Assembly: GCA_040222015.1 (NCBI GenBank)
Contig: JAVJWO010000180.1
Span: 1-31,619, forward strand
Direction of reading: 5' to 3'
DNA length: 31,619 bases
DNA from: Coleofasciculus chthonoplastes F2-STO-03
Lineage (GTDB): Bacteria; Cyanobacteriota; Cyanobacteriia; Cyanobacteriales; Coleofasciculaceae
The position numbers and the translations under genes were made by a program. The notes under the pieces are model-generated. The model ran no database searches and was not told the DNA's origin. It was given only the letters and a program-made list of their open reading frames with translations. Shown piece by piece: positions 28,070 to 31,619 of the stretch (the stretch's first letter is position 1; the number at the start of each line of letters is the position of its first letter).

Positions 28070-29293
28070 TTACTTGTTCCCCATTGCTTGACCCGCTAAC
28101 CAAGCCGTTGTCCAAGCATTCTGAAAATTAAATCCGCCCGTAATTCCATCAATATCCAGGATTTCACCCGCAAAGTAAAGCCCCGGACAGCAGCGACTTT
28201 CCATTGTTTTAAAATTCACCTCTTTTAAACTTATCCCGCCGCAGGTAACAAATTCTTCCTTAAAAACCCCCTTACCTTGAATCACATAACGTCCCTGATT
28301 CAGTTCTTGTACCAATTGATTCAATGCTTTTTTCGAGAGTTCTGCCCAGCGTTTGTTTGGGTCAATTCCAACATAACTCATTAAACTCTGCCATAACCGT
28401 TTCGGAATCGGAATCGGGCAACTCGTGCTGATATGACGGTGCGGAAGTTGAGATTTAACCGATAGTAATAGCTGGCGTAGATAGTCTTGAGTATATTGAG
28501 GAAGCCAATTAATCACTAAAGGAGTTTGGTAGTGACAATCGTGGAAAAATCGGGTCCCCCAAGCCGACAGTTTTAGGACGGCTGGACCACTTAATCCCCA
28601 ATGAGTAATCAGTAAGGGTCCCGTTTGTTCCTTGACAGTTTTCCCCGATTCTGGTAATTTTATCTGAACATCATTTACACTAATTCCGGCTAAATCTTTT
28701 AAGCGTGGGTCTGATATCGTAAACGTAAATAAAGAAGGCACAGGGGGTTGGATCGAATGACCCAAATCCTGAGCAAAGCGATAACCAAGGGGATTACTCC
28801 CCGTCGCCAAAAGTACGCGATCGCACTCAATTATTTCTCCTGTCTTTAACTGGAGTTGAAACCCAGAGGTAAAGCGAATGGATTTAACTGGAGTCGCGGT
28901 GCGAATCTGAACCCCTGCGCTTATAGCCCCATGGATGAGACAATCAACAATCGTTTGCGACGTATCCGTAACCGGGAACATCCGCCCATCCGCTTCGGTT
29001 TTCAGGTGTACCCCCTGCTCCTCAAACCACGCGATCGTATCTTTGGGTTGAAACCGAGTAAACGCCGAGCGCAAGGCTTTCCCTCCTCTGGGATAGGCTT
29101 GTACCAAAAGGGCGGGATCAAAACACGCATGGGTGACATTACAGCGCCCCCCACCAGAAATCCGCACCTTAGTTAAAGGCATTTTCGAGGCTTCCAGCAG
29201 GATGACTTGGGTGTGAGGATGGGCGGATGCAGATGCGATCGCGCCGAAAAAACCAGCCGCCCCCCCACCGATAACGACAATTTTAAGAGACAA
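28070..29293 (-). CDS. HI0933/YhiN (BaiN-like) NAD(P)/FAD-dependent oxidoreductase
   Basis: GGGAAG, ISGGGRCNVT, GRMFP, THWGLSGP, VTCGG, GEILDIDGITGGFNFQ; TTG start. Confidence 0.93.
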   Translation of the reverse strand: MSLKIVVIGGGAAGFFGAIASASAHPHTQVILLEASKMPLTKVRISGGGRCNVTHACFDPALLVQAYPRGGKALRSAFTRFQPKDTIAWFEEQGVHLKTEADGRMFPVTDTSQTIVDCLIHGAISAGVQIRTATPVKSIRFTSGFQLQLKTGEIIECDRVLLATGSNPLGYRFAQDLGHSIQPPVPSLFTFTISDPRLKDLAGISVNDVQIKLPESGKTVKEQTGPLLITHWGLSGPAVLKLSAWGTRFFHDCHYQTPLVINWLPQYTQDYLRQLLLSVKSQLPHRHISTSCPIPIPKRLWQSLMSYVGIDPNKRWAELSKKALNQLVQELNQGRYVIQGKGVFKEEFVTCGGISLKEVNFKTMESRCCPGLYFAGEILDIDGITGGFNFQNAWTTAWLAGQAMGNK

Positions 29294-29319
29294 GGTGCTT
29301 ACATTAATCAGAGTTATGA

Positions 29320-29481
29320 TTATTCTAAGGGTTCAAAATCCGATTTAGCCGCCCCACAGACGGGACATACCCAGTCATCAGGGATATCCTCAAAAGCGGT
29401 TCCAGGTTCGATACCGCCATCGGGATCACCTTTTTCGGGATCATATTCGTAGTTGCAAAGGGTGCAAACATATTTTTTCAT
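29320..29481 (-). CDS. Rubredoxin (soluble, 53 aa), not in ORF track
   Basis: [53 protein letters not shown]: two CxxC motifs and canonical YDP..GD / IPDDWVCP. Confidence 0.96.
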   Translation of the reverse strand: MKKYVCTLCNYEYDPEKGDPDGGIEPGTAFEDIPDDWVCPVCGAAKSDFEPLE

Positions 29482-29589
29482 ATTGTCTTCTCTTCATTTA
29501 CAGGGTTTTCACTCAGTAGTCCTCCTGTAGGGGGGAACGAGGGGGGTGGGAAGGGGGCTAGGGGGTTAGGTTTTCTTATAACAAAGTAA

Positions 29590-29620
29590 CAAATGACGAA
29601 TGACAAATGACGAATGACAA
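29590..29620. repeat. Heptamer short tandem repeat (STRR-like, C[A/G]AATGA)
   Basis: CAAATGACGAATGACAAATGACGAATGACAA; related units near 22949-22972. Confidence 0.8.
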
Positions 29621-29622
29621 AC

Positions 29623-31464
29623 TTATTGATATCCCGCCGCCTGTAGCGCAAATAACCGCCCATAACGTCCGCCAAGTTCCACTAATTCCTCATGGGTTCC
29701 CTGTTCAATGATTTCTCCCCCCGCCATCACCACAATCTTATCCGCCATTCGTACTGTGGAGAAGCGATGAGAAATTAACACCACCATTTGATTCTGGGTA
29801 ATCGTGCGGAAGTGGTTAAAGACTCGCACCTCTGCTTCTGCATCCATGGCGGCTGTGGGTTCATCTAAGACTAAAATATCTGCATCGGTTCGCATAAACG
29901 CACGAGATAGGGCTATTTTCTGCCATTGACCCCCAGATAATTCCTGTCCCCCTTTAAACCATCGCCCCAACTGGGTGTTAAATCCGTCTGGCATTGACTC
30001 AATAAAGGGTTTCGCCATGCCTTTTTCTGCCGCATTTTCCCAACGGGTTTTATCTTGCAAATAGTCTACATCCCCGACGCCAACATTCTCGCCTACGGTA
30101 AATTGATAGCGGACAAAGTTCTGGAAGATTACCCCAATCCGACGGCGGAGGGTATTCATATCCCATTCCTGTAAATCTACCCCATCTAACAAAATGCGCC
30201 CGAAATCTGGTGTATAGAGACGAGTTAATAGCTTAATTAACGTTGTCTTTCCTGACCCATTTTCACCGACAATGGCTAATTTTTCTCCGGGTTTCAGGTG
30301 CAAGTTAATCCCTTTTAGTGCAGGGGTTTGACTTCCAGGATAGGTAAAAAACACAGTCTCAAACTGAATTCCATCCCCCGGTTTTGTCCCCTGAGTGGCT
30401 GTCCCCTGAGATTGGGGAACCTCTTGTTCCAGAAATTCGTAAAGATTGGAAATATAGAGGTTATCTTCATACATCCCGCCAATTGAGGTAAGTATGGCGG
30501 AAAAGGTGGATTGTCCTTGGCGAAATACGGTTAAATACATGGTCATATCACCTAAGGAAATCCGACCAAAGATGGTTTCGATGACAATCCACGCATACGC
30601 CCCATAAAATGTCAGCGTACTTAGTAACCCTAACAAATACCCCCAAAATCCCCGCCGAATGGTCAAATCTCTATCTTCTCGGTAAAGGCGTCTGAAGGTA
30701 TCGTTGTAGCGTTGTAGCATAGTTGCGCCAAGCTGGTATAGCTGAATTTCCTTGGCGTAATCTTCTCTAGCAATTAAGGTTTCCAAATAATGCTGCTGGC
30801 GGGTTTCTGGGGAACGCCAACGGAACAAGCGAAAGGCGACGCCAGCAAAGCGAGTTTCGGCGATAAAGGGAGGAATTGCAGCTATCACTAATATTGCCAC
30901 CGCCCAGGTTGAGAATTGCAGCAGTAATCCGCCAAAGGTGAGTAGCGACAAACTATCCCGAACCAGTCCAAACGTTCGCGTCACTAGCGCCAGAGGACGA
31001 CTGGAGGCTTCTCGCCGCGCCTGGGTCATTTTGTCGTAAAATTCGGAGTCCTCGAAGTGGGGTAAGTCTAAGGTTAAGGCTTTTTCTAGAATTAACACAT
31101 TGACCCGTTGCGCTAATAATACTCGCAATAGCGACTGGCAAACCGTTTGACCGCGCTGATTTCCTGCCAGTATCATTACCGCGATCGCTTCTAATCCGAC
31201 ATAGCCTAAGGCTAGCCACCGATGGGCGGCTATCCCTGACTGAGACGCCAATACTACGGTATCGACAATCAATTTGCCCAAGTATGCGATCGCGGCGGGT
31301 AATAATCCAGCTATGATGGTTAAAATAGCTAGCACCAAGGTTAGTCTGTGATTGGTTGTCCAAACTAATCCCAAGGCGCGTCCACTATAGCGGAATACGG
31401 AAAGCGATTGACGAATATTCCGGATCAGAAATCTCAGCGAGTAGCGTTTCTTGCGTCGGTTCAT
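29623..31464 (-). CDS. ABC exporter, fused permease/ATP-binding subunit
   Basis: N-terminal TM helices; GENGSGKTT, LSGGQWQK, LVLDEPT, ISHR. ATG 31464 is preferred over 31518. Confidence 0.92.
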   Translation of the reverse strand: MNRRKKRYSLRFLIRNIRQSLSVFRYSGRALGLVWTTNHRLTLVLAILTIIAGLLPAAIAYLGKLIVDTVVLASQSGIAAHRWLALGYVGLEAIAVMILAGNQRGQTVCQSLLRVLLAQRVNVLILEKALTLDLPHFEDSEFYDKMTQARREASSRPLALVTRTFGLVRDSLSLLTFGGLLLQFSTWAVAILVIAAIPPFIAETRFAGVAFRLFRWRSPETRQQHYLETLIAREDYAKEIQLYQLGATMLQRYNDTFRRLYREDRDLTIRRGFWGYLLGLLSTLTFYGAYAWIVIETIFGRISLGDMTMYLTVFRQGQSTFSAILTSIGGMYEDNLYISNLYEFLEQEVPQSQGTATQGTKPGDGIQFETVFFTYPGSQTPALKGINLHLKPGEKLAIVGENGSGKTTLIKLLTRLYTPDFGRILLDGVDLQEWDMNTLRRRIGVIFQNFVRYQFTVGENVGVGDVDYLQDKTRWENAAEKGMAKPFIESMPDGFNTQLGRWFKGGQELSGGQWQKIALSRAFMRTDADILVLDEPTAAMDAEAEVRVFNHFRTITQNQMVVLISHRFSTVRMADKIVVMAGGEIIEQGTHEELVELGGRYGRLFALQAAGYQ

Positions 31465-31519
31465 TTTTTCTGGTAGACATTTTGCCAGCACTACTACGCA
31501 GTGTAGATCCTGATCCATT

Positions 31520-31619
31520 GTCGGGGCGGGTTTAGGAACAATCGTAGGGGCGGGTTTAGGAACAATCGTAGGGGCGGGTTTAGGAACAATCGTAGGGGCG
31601 GGTTTAGGAACAATCGTAG
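31520..31619. repeat. Tandem array of 24-bp units (left arm of GTAGGGGCGGGTTT element), running off the window end
   Basis: GTAGGGGCGGGTTTAGGAACAATC at 31520 (GTC variant), 31544, 31568, 31592 and partial 31616; no spacers. Confidence 0.92.

Noticed and set aside
112..31233. Frequent GCGATCGC octamer (e.g. 112, 171, 216, 648, 783, 1014)
   Set aside because: Ordinary HIP1 enrichment of cyanobacteria; used only as a taxonomic clue.
90..31363. Remaining short antisense or overlapping ORFs in the track
   Set aside because: They overlap well-supported genes and show no recognisable motifs.
31520..31619. Possible CRISPR array
   Set aside because: Units are contiguous with no unique spacers, and no cas genes are present. 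The same applies to 11307-11401.

Overview
Chromosomal window from a filamentous cyanobacterium: HIP1 (GCGATCGC) sites are frequent, GTAG-tagged palindromes and heptamer repeats are abundant, and it carries argZ, a cnfR/patB-like gene and a PEP-CTERM gene. The repeat repertoire suggests a Coleofasciculus/Oscillatoriales-type genome, which is my inference only. Core genes (argZ, aroC, era, lpxD, an HI0933-type flavoprotein, an ABC exporter) alternate with accessory genes (SLH protein, hemerythrin-domain protein plus SDR, DUF98 chorismate lyase, Uma2 nuclease, HTH-NACHT protein, 5-PAS histidine kinase). Reading the sequence directly gave four coding elements missing from the ORF track: a 59-aa membrane protein divergent from the NACHT gene, a 40-aa ribbon-helix-helix protein divergent from cnfR, a 53-aa rubredoxin and a truncated VapC/PIN toxin. 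Best leads: (i) the HTH-NACHT / small membrane protein module with operator-like repeats and an NNC-CNC repeat tract; (ii) the cnfR / micro-RHH divergon with a perfect NtcA box; (iii) a candidate three-way-junction RNA in the hemerythrin leader. I found no rRNA, tRNA, CRISPR array or intact transposase.
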